A stretch of 64,000 bases of DNA from Flaccisagitta enflata (taxonomy: Eukaryota), in NCBI GenBank assembly GCA_965153355.1, contig OZ231126.1, positions 23,560,001 to 23,624,000 on the forward strand. Reading direction: 5' to 3'. The first letter of the stretch is position 1, and every line of letters starts with the position of its first letter. The position numbers and the translations under genes are program-made. Below the pieces are notes generated by a model, which was given only the letters and a program-made list of their open reading frames with translations, made no database searches and was not told where the DNA came from. This document shows positions 1 to 13,001 of this stretch, piece after piece.

Positions 1-245
1 GCCAATCTAGTTTCTCTCCAATGACGAAACGCCAATCTAGTTTCTCTTGGATGGCTTGAAGCTAGTCTAGTTTCTCTCCAATGATGTAACGCCAATCTAG
101 TTTTTCTCCAACGACGTGGCGCCAATCTAGTTTCTCTCGGATGGCGTGATGCCGATCTAGTTTCTCTCCAATGACGTGGCGCCAATCTAGTTTCTCTTCA
201 ACGACGTGGCGCCAATCTAGTTTCTCTTCAATGTCGTGGCGCCAT
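1..245. repeat. 30-bp minisatellite, about 8 copies, truncated by the window start
   Basis: Unit GCCAATCTAGTTTCTCTCCAATGACGTGGC starts at 1, 31, 61, 91, 121, 151, 181, 211. Confidence 0.95.
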
Positions 246-894
246 TTTCCCTCAGCCTGTTTTTAAGAAAAGGCGCTGACCCGAGGTTTTCGTCATGGTG
301 GAATTTATAGCGCGAGGCCAATTTTCATGGTGGAAATACTTTGATGGTTGTATGGTTTCAAGCATTAACGGAATGTGCCAAGTCATTGACCTTCTGACCT
401 CGAGGCTGTGGAGGGTGGAATCGGTGAGGACGAAGCGAAGTGAAGGGTAAGGACGTGGGTAGGGTAGTAAAGAAGGCTGAGGTGGTAGAAAGTGAGCAGG
501 TCGAAGCGCTAAAACGTGAGCCGCTTTTAGTTTATAAGACTGATTCTAAGCCTGAGGGCAGATGTTACTCCAGATAGAGTTAGCTTGGGGCATATGCGAG
601 CTGGCTGATGAACTTAGGGAGAGGGGACAAACGACCGTATAGATAAATGAACAATGATTTTTTTATGTTTTACCTCTGTGTTCTACAGAACATCGGCTCT
701 TTGGGGCCGCTGCCCATAGAGGGGTGCGAGGAGGGATTGAATCTGAAACTGTTTGTCATCATCTATGACGACTGGATGTTACGCGTGATGAGCTCTAATT
801 TCAGTTAACTGCCTATTAGTCAACGCCTGTCTCCCTTTCAAGGTTTATCCTAAATACTGGTGACACCACAAACGGTTGGGTGCGCTTTTTGTAA

Positions 895-904
895 GGTTGT
901 TGTT

Positions 905-953
<49 letters not shown>

Positions 954-969
954 TTGTTGTTGTTGTTAA

Positions 970-1066
<97 letters not shown>

Positions 1067-1104
1067 AATGTTGTTGTTGTTGTTAATGTTGTTGTTGTTG
1101 TTAA

Positions 1105-1197
<93 letters not shown>
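895..1197. repeat. (GTT)n/(GTTGTC)n microsatellite
   Basis: About 300 bp of GTT units; source of the poly-V/T/L ORFs. Confidence 0.98.
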
Positions 1198-2697
1198 AAA
1201 TTTAATTGTTATCTTTACATACCTCACGGTAATTTTGCGTCCACTATTTACACATGATCGTCTTCGAAATGCAAAAAAAGTTTGCCTCAGTTCGAACGTC
1301 CGCTTTTTTTTCACGCTCGCCGAGAAAGCTTCGTGGTCCTTTGAGGGCTCTCGGGACCCGCTTGATCTGTTTCATCATTACCGACAAAATTTGAATAGAG
1401 GTAATTGAGGCATCGAGAGATTTAGGATTTCGGCGCGAAAGAGAGAGGTTAGTCTTTCAAAACAGTATCTATCTGTGAAAGCAGTCGGTCGCGTCTTCTT
1501 CGTCTGTCCATTTGCTGAACTGACTAGCACTAGTATAGATATTGACCTCAGATCCTAAATCTAAGTCCTTGTGAATTTTCATATTTCTCTTTTATATGCG
1601 GCCGGTCCGAAGGTAGTAACGGCTTGAGCTCTAGCTTGAACTAATCTGCTTGAATTTGTTCCTGAAAGATACCTTGGCATATGCACATAACTCTGTTGAT
1701 CAAAATCTTGAACCTCTTAGGGGGCCCCTAGGGGCCCCAAAAAGCCCTTTGTGAGGTTTTTTTTTTTTTTAAAAGTGGGGTTCACTTGATAGGAAATTGC
1801 TTGATTCGCCTAGATCCAAAATCTTGCAATTTCACTATTTTCAAAAAGAATTAGAAAATTTTTGTGTCGGCCATATTTCAAAAGAAAGTTTAAAGATTCT
1901 CCTGGAATTTTTTTAGTTTGATATGGTTCTAAAGTATTTGAGCCAGAACCTTGAAATTTGAAACGTGCATTATTGAAAGCGCTGAGCAGGTCCGTGCAAA
2001 AGATTGAGCTACTGACTGACCTAGGAAAATTTTCCGAGTCTAAGTCTAACTAGTATAGTGGAGTTTTTATCACCTATGCCTGACTATTCGTTTTTGCGTT
2101 TGGTCCGTCGATTCGTCGGTTCGTCTGTTCTTACAACAGCCGGTAACATTTGCGAGGGTTGTTTTTTATTACTTCCTCTGCCCAGGTGTATGAGACATGT
2201 GGGTTTTCCTTGATTATTCAGATATTTGGCGATAACCTTTTTGGAACGCCAGATCTTGAGGTGAAATGATGTTTTATGAACGCCTTGAAATCTGGACTTA
2301 CAATTCAGGGGTGTCATGTTTTTTGATAATGCCGGAGAAGACAATGATAACTAAAACGACAGATTAAGTTCCATGTAGTTGGGCAGGGTTAGTTAGGATT
2401 AAAAAGGCTTGTAGACACCTAAAATGATACAATCAGTTGCCACTGAGGATTCGTGCACGCGGACGCACCGTAAAACTGTTCGAGTGGAGAGGCGAAAGAA
2501 AGAATACAGACGCCTAAGTAATGAACGATTGTACATCTGGGAAACGTGGGAGTTAAAAAGGAGCCGGGTTGCAAAAATCCCAAGAAGGTAGTTTAAATGC
2601 GAATGAAACATCATTTAGTCATTTGCCAAAACGTTTTCCTTTATTTATTTCTGGTTTGTTTTTTTTTCGGCAGAGATTTCGGTTTTTTTTTCTTTTT

Positions 2698-2914
2698 AGT
2701 TGCGGACACGCAACTCTATAAGAGACTTTGTCCGTCCGTCGGTCCGTCCGTCGGTCCCTGAGCACGAGTCGATAAGTGGAAAAACGAGCGTTTTAGAAGC
2801 TCTTTGTGTATGTTTCTGTGTTGGAAGGGGGGTTGGGAGGGGTGTTGGGTGTGGATGGTGGTTGGCTGCCCCTGCTCACCCATCCGCAACGATAATGTGA
2901 TCCCGCGTCACTTG
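2698..2914 (+). mobile_element. HINE/DINE-1-like non-autonomous Helentron, GTGAC-hairpin subtype
   Basis: T-run, AGTTGCG-GACA-CGCAACT hairpin, GTCY repeats, G-rich core, 3' subTIR ATCCGCAAC, hairpin GTGATCCCGCGTCAC, then TTGTT. Confidence 0.8.
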
Positions 2915-2969
2915 TTTTCTTTTTCTCTACTTCGTGCTCACCGTGCCATGTATTCTCTCTTTTTACAAA

Positions 2970-3171
2970 CGAGTAAAGCGGGGTCACAATATCATTGCGG
3001 ACGGGTGGGCAGGGGCGTCCAACCCACATGCACAACCCATGCTCTGCCCGCACACAGAGCATCTAAAATGCTCATTTTCCTACGCTTTGACCAACCGACC
3101 AACCAACCAACTAACCAACCAACCAACCAACCAACGGACACAGCCAGTTAAAGAGGTGCTTTGTCGCACCT
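2970..3171 (-). mobile_element. HINE-like element, AGGTGC 5' hairpin joined to a GTGAC-type 3' end
   Basis: Minus strand reads AGGTGCGACAAAGCACCT, (GGTT)n, GTCCGCAATGATATTGTGACCCCGC. Confidence 0.7.
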
Positions 3172-4490
3172 ACAAAAGACAAAAAAAAGACTATATTTGA
3201 GGAATGTGATGGACGGACCCACGAATGGACAGAGCGACAAAGCAAGTTGTAGAGTCTCGTGTCCACAACCAGTAAAATGGTGCATCGTGGAGGAGAGAGG
3301 TTCTTCTCTGGCACTGCTTGTAATTCAAAAAGTTTTTTTTTTTTAAGTGTTACCATTTTTTTCAATCATCGGGAATAAGACGGCAAGTCCCCCAGAAAAA
3401 CAGCAAACGCTTCAGCCTATTCTAAGTTCAATACGGCGTCATAAGTCCCCTCATTAATGTTTTCTTCGGTCAAGTAGTCACTGTCTGCACTTAATGAGCT
3501 AACATTCACCTCACCATAGCCTCTAAAGGGTGATTTGATAGACATATATATGAAAAAAGCAGCAAAAATAGTGGTATTTTTGTGAAAAACCGTCGACATT
3601 TCTTCCCATGACTCTACATATCATAACATTTTTCTGACAATCAATACAACTTTGTTGCTACCCGAGCTATTTATATTCTCCATCAGGGTTCCTAATAGGA
3701 TAACAAAGCGATGCAGGGGCCGGATTTTCATTATTATAATCAGGGGAGAGGTCAAAAGCTATGTACCTTGGGTGACAAAGATAATTTACATAATGATGGA
3801 AAAATCAGAAAAAAGTAGTATTTTGTGTGTAGAAATCATAGAAAACTGTTACCGAAGCATTGAAGCATCTTAACAGGTATCATTGATGGTGACTTAGTAA
3901 AAAAATTCACTCACAGGCAATTGTACAACCGAGAAAGCCATCTTACTTGAGGCCAACTACTAAGAAAAAAAACTTTAAATCTAACTTTTTCCTGTGGTCG
4001 AAATTATAAGACAGCCAAATGCGGGGATTTTTTGCATTTTCAAAAACATAGTTCTCTTTGGAATCGAATTTGGAAGAGAACTATGTTTTTCGTTTTTTCA
4101 TTTTTTTGTTTTCTATGCAAACTTATAATTTCGACCAGCACCCTGTCAGTGGACAAAAAAGAAATTTGTAGAAATTTTTAGTACAACATCTTCAGAAATA
4201 TTGGCAAAATCTGAGTTTCTTGCTAAGGGGATGCAAATTTTACTTTCAAATATCATGTATGTCTAATCTCAATCACTTTTATTCATTTGTTTTTCTATTT
4301 TAACTTTCATATTTTTTCCATTTTGACGCAAGTTGATGCCCTAAATGGTGGCTTCGTGGGCACGCTGTCATAAGAGGCGTAGTTGTGCAACGTTTGACTG
4401 AAGACTGATTGACTAAATGTTTTCCTTTTTATCTTTTTTTCCTGTCTGATGATGTTTCTCATCGCAGGTTTTTGTTGATTTTTTTTTCTT

Positions 4491-4666
4491 AGATGCTTAC
4501 TCGCATCTCTATAAGTAGGCGTGTCCGTTGGTATGTTCGTCTATCCGTAGATAACAAGAGAATTTTTCGACACAATTTAGAGGTTTTTCCCTTGATTTCT
4601 TTCTTTCTTTTCTCTGAATTTATTTGTAACGAACGAGGAGGCATCTTTGGACATCTCATGGCCTTG
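4491..4666 (+). mobile_element. HINE-like element, AGATGC family
   Basis: AGATGC-TTACTC-GCATCT hairpin after a T-run; 3' GGCATCT and GGCCTTGTTTT; related copy at 41605. Confidence 0.6.
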
Positions 4667-5250
4667 TTTTCCCTCATAGCCGCTATGCAAACGTGCAAAT
4701 GTTATGCGTTTTCATAATCAAAACGAAACGGTGCGTAGCAAGCTAATCGAAACGCAGATAAATTTTTAGTGAGTAAGAAAAAGAAAAAAAGAAGCTCTCG
4801 TTGCTTCACGATGTCATTTGGAGGCCAATAATCATTAGCATCCCATACGAAAAAAGGCCATTCGCTTAATTGTTATCGGCGGTGATCTTTTTTTTTCTCT
4901 CTAACACTCTCATCACATTTTTTTTCTCTGAAATTACTTTTTTTTCGTCCCCCTTTTATCCCGCCCACACCGTAAAAGTTTCCTCCCTCTTCGCTCGTCT
5001 ATGCTTCGAAGTTAAGTCTCTAGATCCTATTCTCTCTATCTCCTTTTACACGTTGTTGTGGCTTTTATTGTTTTGTTTTTGTTGCTGATTTTGTTTTGTT
5101 TGCTTTCTTGTCCTTAGCTTCTTGTTTGTCATCTCGCTCATCACTTAATTGCGTTTGTTCCTGTTTTTCTTTGTGTTCTTGATTACCTTGTTGAAGGTGC
5201 TCCTCTTTTACTGTTTTGAAGTTGATATTGTCATTGTTCTCATCTTTTTT

Positions 5251-5489
5251 AGTCGCGGACACGCGACTCTACACCTTGTCGTGTCGGTCGGTCTGTCGGT
5301 CGGTCCATCCATCGGTCCGTCCGTCCGGCCGTCACGTTTCTGAATTTCGAGTAGTTTATGCATTACTGCTCCTGCCCAACCGTCCGCGACTGTCCTGCCG
5401 TGTATCCGGCCTAGTTGAATTCCGAGCGGTTTTCGCGTTACTGCTCCTGCCCAACCGTCCGCGACTGGATTGCCGTGTATCCGGCCTTG
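5251..5489 (+). mobile_element. HINE-like element with a tandemly duplicated 3' end
   Basis: AGTCGCGGACACGCGACT, GTCY array, then two successive GTCCGCGACT...GCCGTGTATCCGGCC modules. Confidence 0.85.
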
Positions 5490-5895
5490 TTTTTTTGGAG
5501 GGGGGGGGGCTCCTTTTCCCCGCTACATTTTTCATTGCTCACTACTTTCTTTCTACCCCTCGTTCGCGGTTCCTCTTCATTTTGCCTTCTCTTCTCCTGG
5601 CAAATGTAACGGTTCCACAGCAAGCAGGAGGGCCCGACTTTCCACCTATCTACGTTAGCACAAGCTTCCGATACATCTTTATATGCGGATTAAATGGTTC
5701 AAAGACATTCATGACTACCCAATGCACAATTTCAAACCATTTTTGTGATCCTCCCTACCCTTAGGGGGTCTAAAAATTTGGTCAAAGAGCTTTTTTTGGC
5801 TTGTCTCCATTCTGTCTCCAGTAGAAAGCAGCAAGCAAAACAAATCAAGAAATGTCTTTTCCTATGATTTTATGAGTTTTCATCAACTAGTAGTA

Positions 5896-6057
5896 CAGTG
5901 GACTACTGCCTTATCGGCACCTGATTTACCAACATTTCGGATTTAGCAGCCAGCATACCTTAGTCCCAAATTTTTATAGGCTTTTACAATGTTAATTTTT
6001 TCTGATTTAACAACACCTGATTTAACAGCTGAACCTGATTTATTCTTTGGTCCCATC
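5896..6057 (+). mobile_element. Fragment of a TA-flanked pogo/Tigger-like MITE
   Basis: TA-CAGTGGA start, repeated CCTGATTTA motifs and GTCCC motifs; no matching right TIR found. Confidence 0.35.
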
Positions 6058-6563
6058 AAAAAATCTTCCCCAATTCCAAGGCATTATTACAAGATTTAAT
6101 CAAATTTACAGTATTTTTTCGTTTTAAATTTACAGTATTTTTTCGTTTTTCTATGGATTCGTATATGTAACTTCATAAGCTATACAGTAATGTATAGTTT
6201 GGTTGAATTTGAATCATGAAAAAAAATGGCTAGTTCTACCTCTGTTCACTTGCCGTTTCTTGACATTTGCCTCCTTTCCCTCGCTTCATTTCTCTTTCTT
6301 CGCCTTCCTCCTTTCACCCCCCCCATCGCCCCCCCCCCCTCGTTTGCAGTTCCTTCTCATTTTCCTGTACACATCCTCGCCGTTCAAAGCTATGAGTTTT
6401 ATGGCTATAATTGCACTGGAATAACCATAAACCTTCCAACACAAAGAAAAACCTAAATCGAGCTCCGAGTTTTTCTTTTCTTCTTCTGAAGCGCGACGCT
6501 CAGGAATATTCACCCCGTGTATGGATGTATGTGTGGGAATGAGTGAGGTAGGGGTTGAGAGAG

Positions 6564-6619
<56 letters not shown>

Positions 6620-6801
6620 CGCAAAGACACACCTTGTATTTACATTTCTCACACTGCATAGCATGGAAACCAAATTGTAACAATAGTGAAGTAGACCAAC
6701 ATGAATGATCAAAGGACCCGGGTCGTTAAGCATCGAGGCTAAATGATAGATAAAAACTTGTGTATGTTGCATGCGACAAAGTAAGACATGGAGAGACACA
6801 A

Positions 6802-6986
6802 CAAGGCCGGATACACAGCCATCAGTTGCGGACGGGTGGGCAGGAGCGGAAATACGCGTTTTCCCACTTTTCGACTCGATGGTTACGGACCAACGGACGG
6901 ACGGACGGACGGACCGACGGACGGACGGACCGACGGACGGACGGACGGACGGACAAAGCCTCTTATAGAGTTGCGTGTCCGCAACT
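6802..6986 (-). mobile_element. HINE-like element, full length, GGCC-hairpin subtype
   Basis: Reverse complement of AGTTGCGGACACGCAACT...(CCGT)n...GTCCGCAACTGATGGCTGTGTATCCGGCCTTG. Confidence 0.88.
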
Positions 6987-7591
6987 AAAAAATGATACAA
7001 CCGCGAGGATATTTGTTGTTTGTTCTCACATGAAGACATTTGTTGTCGGACAGTGGAGAAACCCTGTGTCGCGTATAAAGAATTACTATTAGGGTGGTGC
7101 TGGTTCTTTAATTTAAGCGATAGTTCTATGGAGGAATGAAATCATTGAACACATAAATCCTTTTCAATTTCTTTTGCATTCCTCTTTCTTTTTGCATAAA
7201 ACCATCGACGGAATGTTTTCAATGGTTTTCTTTTTTCCTTTTCAAATTCAAATATTTGGAATTTTACTCGATGCATCAAAATTCTTCGCGGTTTACTATT
7301 TTCCAGCTACGTTTACATCGGCGTCTCTTCTTTCCCCTCCCAAAGATAGAGCCCAGCGAGAGGGGATAATGCTTGACAGTTCATGCAAGACGATAAGCAA
7401 GAGGAAACACTCGTCATGTGCTTGCCAAACCTCCCAAAACTAAAACGTAGGCATTAAGTCTTGGATTATCCAGATCGAGATAGCAAAGTGGATACAACGG
7501 AGCCGAAACTAACTCCAAGATTGACCAAACATGGTGCGAGAATCTAATTTGTATCTATGATTAGAAAGAAGTTCCAATTGCTACCCGTTGT

Positions 7592-7704
<113 letters not shown>

Positions 7705-8048
7705 ACTAGATTTTCATTCATTCGAGGTTCATGTCCCATCCCTCTTGTCCCAGAAAACCCCCACAACCACAGAAACCATGCCACGTTTTATTTGTCCCCA
7801 CGGATTCGGCGTTTTGATTAGGCAATCTAGTTAGGCAATCGGTTCCATAGTGTAGTTGATGATTCAAATTCAATGGTAAGTATGGAATTTGAGAATTATG
7901 AATGCGACGCACAGTAAAATCATTATGCATTTAATTTGTTGTAGGACAATTTGAACCATGAAAATCTTTCAAGACTTGTTTTTATTTTTTGTCATTTTCT
8001 TCGTCAGTTCCTTGCTTTGTATCATCACTTTTACTTTTGTTTGTTTGT

Positions 8049-8095
<47 letters not shown>

Positions 8096-8476
8096 TCCCG
8101 CCTAATGTCACTATCCATTTTTCTTGATCGGCGCGATGACTTCAAAGAAGACAACTTCTTCCACATTTTCTCATTTCAAAGTAATGGCAAAGCTCGTCGT
8201 CGTCGTCGTCGTCATCATCATTGCCGTCATCGTCGCCGTCGTCGTCGTCATCGTCGTCATCGTCGACTTTTGTACAAGTGTGCAGTCCGGCAAAAAGAAA
8301 CGTCAGCATTTGTTGCAAAGACTGATTGTCTCGCCGTTAATATTTCAATTAGTTTCTCTGGAATTGAATTAGCCAACCTCCGTCTTTCTCCTCTTCATCT
8401 TTCCTCTTTTTCTTCCTCCTCCTCCTCCTCCTCACACTTCTCAACTTCTCAACTCCTCACCTTCCCCTCTCTTTTT

Positions 8477-8679
8477 CGTCGCGGACTCGCGATTCTATAG
8501 GAGGCTTTGTCCGTCCTTCCGTCGGTTGGTCGGTTTATAACCCTGAAAGTTGAATAGTTTGAAAATGCGCATTTAAGGTGCTGCGGTCGCGATTGCGTGA
8601 AGTGTGTGTATGGGGAAGAGGGGGTGGTTTACGCCCCTACCCACATGTCCGCGATGATATTGTAACCCCGGGTTAATCG
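8477..8679 (+). mobile_element. Degenerate HINE-like element
   Basis: GTCGCGGACTCGCGATTCTATAGGAGGCTTTGTCCG...GTCCGCGATGATATTGTAACCCCGGGTTAA. Confidence 0.7.
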
Positions 8680-8787
8680 TTTACGTAATTATTCCCTTTG
8701 TTCTCTCCCTCTACAGAACCTCCCGATGCGCCCCGTCCTGAATCTCCCCGATCTGAACCCCGTCTTCCTTATCTTAATCTGACGATA

Positions 8788-9331
8788 CTATCTTGGAAAA
8801 AATAAAAGTCCAGGACGTTTTGTCATATTATAGCTTTGATATACATGATTTGATATGAAAATTGGTGACCAAAATGAAGCTAATAAAAAGGGCTAGCAAA
8901 TGGTGCTAAGCTGAGACTCATTGCGTTGCTTGTTTAGATTTTACATCAAAATAAGTGGAAGTGTTGATTTTAGGAAATGGACACAAGACTTGAATAGATC
9001 ATAAACGCATGACATTTTGTTACAGTGTGGCTTTGATATGTAAAATTTGAAAGGAAAATCAGTGACCATTTTGAAGCTCTTGATCAGGGCTATCTATTGC
9101 CGCCAAGCAGAGACTCATGGCTAGATTCGTTTGGATTCTACATCCAAAAAAATGAGAACGTTCATTCTCAGAAATTGTAAAAGATTGTGTGGAGGCATTA
9201 TATGCAAGCGGTTTTTAAACTCTAACAAGGTTATTCTAAACACTGAGCTTATAAAAATGGTCATTATTTTATCATATTTAAAATAAAATCATTCTTTTAA
9301 CCAGCTTGGACTTTTATTTTTTCCAAGATAG
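8788..9331. mobile_element. TA-flanked MITE (Tc1/mariner-type) with an internal ~197-bp tandem duplication
   Basis: Perfect 25-bp TIR CTATCTTGGAAAAAATAAAAGTCCA; TA on both sides; diverged internal units start near 8833 and 9030. Confidence 0.85.
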
Positions 9332-9422
9332 TACTTGTACTTCTCCAGCACTTATGCGCCATACCATCTCCCTTTCTTCACTTCGACTGCAGTTCACGAT
9401 CCAACCATTGTAGCTAACGTTA

Positions 9423-9979
9423 CCCTGTCATCAAATACAACTGTAACGAAAGAAACCTTTATTATGCTTAAGGTATTCATATTGAGCAATTTTGCTTTGT
9501 ATTATCTTAAAATACATATCCTACCATTTATCCATGCAAAATTTCAAAGCACTGGCTCAAGCGGTTTGGTTTCCACATGATTTCCAAATTTGACAAGATT
9601 TTCCGTAAAAACATCATTTTTTAGTAATTTTTTATATAAAAATTTGTTTAAATTTATGTAAATTGAATGAAAATGACCAAATTAGTCAAGAATACTTGTT
9701 GATATATCAATTCTTTTCATTTTTCAAAATTTTTTCATAATAGAAAAAATTTGAGTAAATATCTTAATATTTTCCGATTCAAAATTTGCTTAAACTTGTT
9801 TATCAATTTTTTTGTTCAAATAGGTGTTGCCGCCAAACCATTTCAGTTAGTGCTTTAAAATTTTGCATGACAAAATGGTAGATCATGTGCTTTCAGAGAA
9901 AACAAAGCGGAATTCCTCAATATAAATACTTTGTGCTCAATAAAGGTTTCTTTCGTTACAGTTGTAATTGATGGCAGGG
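9423..9979. mobile_element. TA-flanked MITE with long imperfect TIRs (~150 bp)
   Basis: CCCTGTCATCAAATACAACTGTAACGAAAGAAACCTTTATT versus AATAAAGGTTTCTTTCGTTACAGTTGTAATTGATGGCAGGG; TA flanks. Confidence 0.88.
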
Positions 9980-10033
9980 TACCACCCGTTGCCTGGTGGG
10001 ATCTTAAATGACTTTTTCTCTCTTACCAACAAA

Positions 10034-10119
<86 letters not shown>

Positions 10120-10120
10120 A

Positions 10121-10548
10121 CAGTGGACGAACTTTTAACCGAGACGGAAAACGATTCGATACTTCATTAGTCAAACAAACCTTGTTCATCAGCCTACCCT
10201 GAAAGTGTGTTTTCAGTCAGAAACTGATACTGTAATGGGCCGGTGGTACTGTACATTTTGTCCGAAGACTTCCGGACATTCCCATCCTTTCATACCTTAT
10301 CAGCCGGTCCTGTCCATCAAACTTGTGGCCTGGCATGCCAAGGCATGGCAAGATTCATGTTGTGAAGAAAGACATTTACTTCTCAAAGACTATTTCAAAG
10401 ATTATTCTATAATGGATATCGTGTCTTAAACTAAAAAGTACCAATTTCCTTTAGATCTTCTTAGGAAAATTTGCACTTTTTCATATGAGACCTGTTAACT
10501 GCCGTTGTTCTTTAATTCATTAAGTTTAGATAGAAAAGTATCGCACTG
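10121..10548. mobile_element. Possible old Tc1/mariner-type MITE
   Basis: TA-CAGTGGACGAACTTTT ... AAAAGTATCGCACTG-TA; TIR short and imperfect. Confidence 0.4.
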
Positions 10549-11020
10549 TACTTACATCCATCTTCATTCTTTTCTTTAATTATCTTTTATGCCATTGGCT
10601 CCCACGAATAGGAAAAAATGCTTACGTGGTGGCGAAAATGAGTCAGACTGAAACTGAGACGCGGTTGAAAAGAAAAAGTCTCTTTTCCTCCATTTCTCTG
10701 TAAAAAATGATGAAAAAGCAGAAAAAAAAAAAAAACTTAAGTTGGTCGGAGAAAATAGGCGGGGCTAAAGAGAGTAGACAGTTTTTATGAAGGCCATGTG
10801 AGTAAATCAATGTCTTGAGGCGTCCTCGCCAATTGTCCGCAGCTAGGTAGAAAACCACCAATACTGCCCAAAAATCACTCGGTAAAAAGGAGCCTTCAAA
10901 TTTATGATTGTGCATTGTGCAATTCCTAGTACACTCACTTCACTAATGAGTCATGGTTACCACTTACAACTCAGCCAATGGGTATGTTTAACACAGTTAC
11001 GCTTTCACTTGTCGATTTTT

Positions 11021-11226
11021 AGTCGCGTTCTACGCAACTCTACACCCCGCTTTGTCTGTCTGTCTGTTAGTCGGTTGGTCCGTTGGTCTGTCGGTCACTT
11101 TTTTAATAAAAAGAAATTATGCTTTTTCATATTCTTTGACCTCCTGCTTCTGCCCAAATTCTCTGGTAACCTCTTACGGCCCCTACCCACCCGCACGCAA
11201 CTGGGGTAGCCGTGTATCCGGCCTTG
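11021..11226 (+). mobile_element. HINE-like element, GCACGC subTIR family
   Basis: AGTCGCGTTCTACGCAACT ... GCACGCAACTGGGGTAGCCGTGTATCCGGCCTTG. Confidence 0.8.
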
Positions 11227-11726
11227 TTTGTATTAAGTAGGGATGTGGAAGCGATTGACCGCTTCCATTTTGGAGGATCAGATAGCTACTAGTGTTTGAA
11301 CTGTAAAATGAAAGCGAAAGCGGAAGCGGAAGCGGCGCGGTGGAAGCGGCATAAAAATCGACCGCTTCCACATCCCTAGAGTTAGGGTTGTTTTTGTTTT
11401 GTTTTTTTTTTTGGCGGCTGGATGGATAATCTTCTTGTTGGATGGTTGTGCCTTAACCTTAGAGCACCCGACGGAAATTCTTTTTCTTTTCCATCTTGTT
11501 CGTGAGTCATTCCGTTTGATCATGAACTTCCATTTTGTAGTTTCGGAATTCCGAGAGACCCTCTCAGAGAATTGAAAGGCGTAGAAGTTTCGCCGTGGAA
11601 CAATCACGCGATGACACGCAAGGTGGAGGGAGGGAGGAAAGGAAAGGAATATGAAAAGGAAACGGTCAGCCTTTTTCGACATTCACAAAGCGTTGCGCCG
11701 GAATAATTAGTTCTATTTTCATCATG

Positions 11727-11828
<102 letters not shown>

Positions 11829-12028
11829 AAGAATCTGTCATCAGAAATTCTATGCATTGTTAAGCGGCAGGGATCACCATTTTTACCGTTGAAAATGGAG
11901 AAAGTAGAAAATGGAGGTAGTGGGAAGATAATAGAGGGACAGTGAGACATGAAAGGGGAGTGAGACAAGTGCGAGTTTGAAAAAGAAAAGTTAAGCGGAG
12001 AAGGGGACAAAAAGTCATTATCAAATAG

Positions 12029-12751
12029 CAGGCCTCTAGATTTTGGAGCAGCGAGCAGCGCCGCTTTTGGCAGGGAAAGGGATATGTCGGCAGGTCCCAA
12101 AGATAGAAGAAGAAGAAGAAGAAGAAGAAGAAGAAGAAGAAGAAGAAGAAGAAGAAGAAGAAGAAGAAGAAGAAGAAGAAGAAAAAGATGAAAAAGAAGG
12201 AGGAAAAAGCATGAAAAGAAACAGAAAAAGAAGGAAAAGATCAAAATGGAGATAATGGTAATTGCAGTCAGCATTGATATCATTTGCATATTGTAGTTTT
12301 ATGATTGCTGCTCTTGCATAACTTAGTTGATTTGGAAAACTGTAAGTTTGAACTAAAGATATAATAACAACTTAGTCTTTTATGTTGTGAATTGAAAAAA
12401 GGAAAATCTTAATCGCATGTAAAAATTATCAACATCATCATGTGTTTCATGAAGCCACCCGCCAAAAAATGGATATTGATGATACAAATACTGAAAGAAA
12501 AACCAAAAAAGTAGAAATATAGAAAATCCAGCGCGCAGAATTATATGTAAATACTGCCGCGGAGATAAGAGGCAGCATTAACTTGGCAGAGGTTTGCGGG
12601 CAGTGGCTAGGCCCAAGTTGACTATCCAGTGGTATCCGCAAGGAAAAGTAAGTGCTTGCATTTATCCACTGACCCCCACCTTCAAGTTAAGTGGGCAGCG
12701 TTCAGGGGAAAATTTTTGCTTGTCGGCAGAAAAGAACAATCAAGAGGCCTG
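12029..12751 (+). mobile_element. Non-autonomous hAT-type element, copy 1, carrying (GAA)n
   Basis: TIR CAGGCCTCT(A/T)GATT...AATCAAGAGGCCTG; 8-bp TSD TCAAATAG/TTAAATAG (7 of 8); homologous to 58340-59238. Confidence 0.88.
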
Positions 12752-12784
12752 TTAAATAGTCAGTCTTTACTTCCATTGCACAAT

Positions 12785-13001
12785 TTGCTACGCGACTCTA
12801 CATCCCGCTTTATCCATCTGTCCGTCTGTCCGTTGTCCGTCCGTCTCTCTGTCCGTTCATCGGTCATATTTTACTTTTTACATTTTTCAAAAATTGCTTT
12901 GCGGTATTTTGCCTCACTGCTCCTGCCAAAATGCTATAAAGACCTCAAATGCAGCCCCTGTCCACCCGCACACGACTGGGGTAGCTGCGTATCCGGCCTT
13001 G
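12785..13001 (+). mobile_element. HINE-like element, 5' end degenerate
   Basis: GCTACGCGACTCTACA, GTCY repeats, GCACACGACTGGGGTAGCTGCGTATCCGGCCTTG. Confidence 0.75.

Noticed and set aside
1-250. 30-bp repeat as a coding decapeptide (HVIGEKLDWR) or a CRISPR array
   Set aside because: Minus-strand frames contain stops, units are contiguous with no unique spacers, and the context is eukaryotic
1528-2060. CACTA...TAGTG element
   Set aside because: IR is weak beyond 5 bp and there is no matching TSD
3995-4145. Nested short inverted repeats (TGGTCGAAATTATAAG; AAAAACATAGTTCTCTT)
   Set aside because: Probably a MITE remnant, but termini and TSD could not be defined
8717-8787. Strong-looking acceptor before a Pro-rich stretch
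   Set aside because: No donor; it runs into a MITE, and pyrimidine tracts are ubiquitous here
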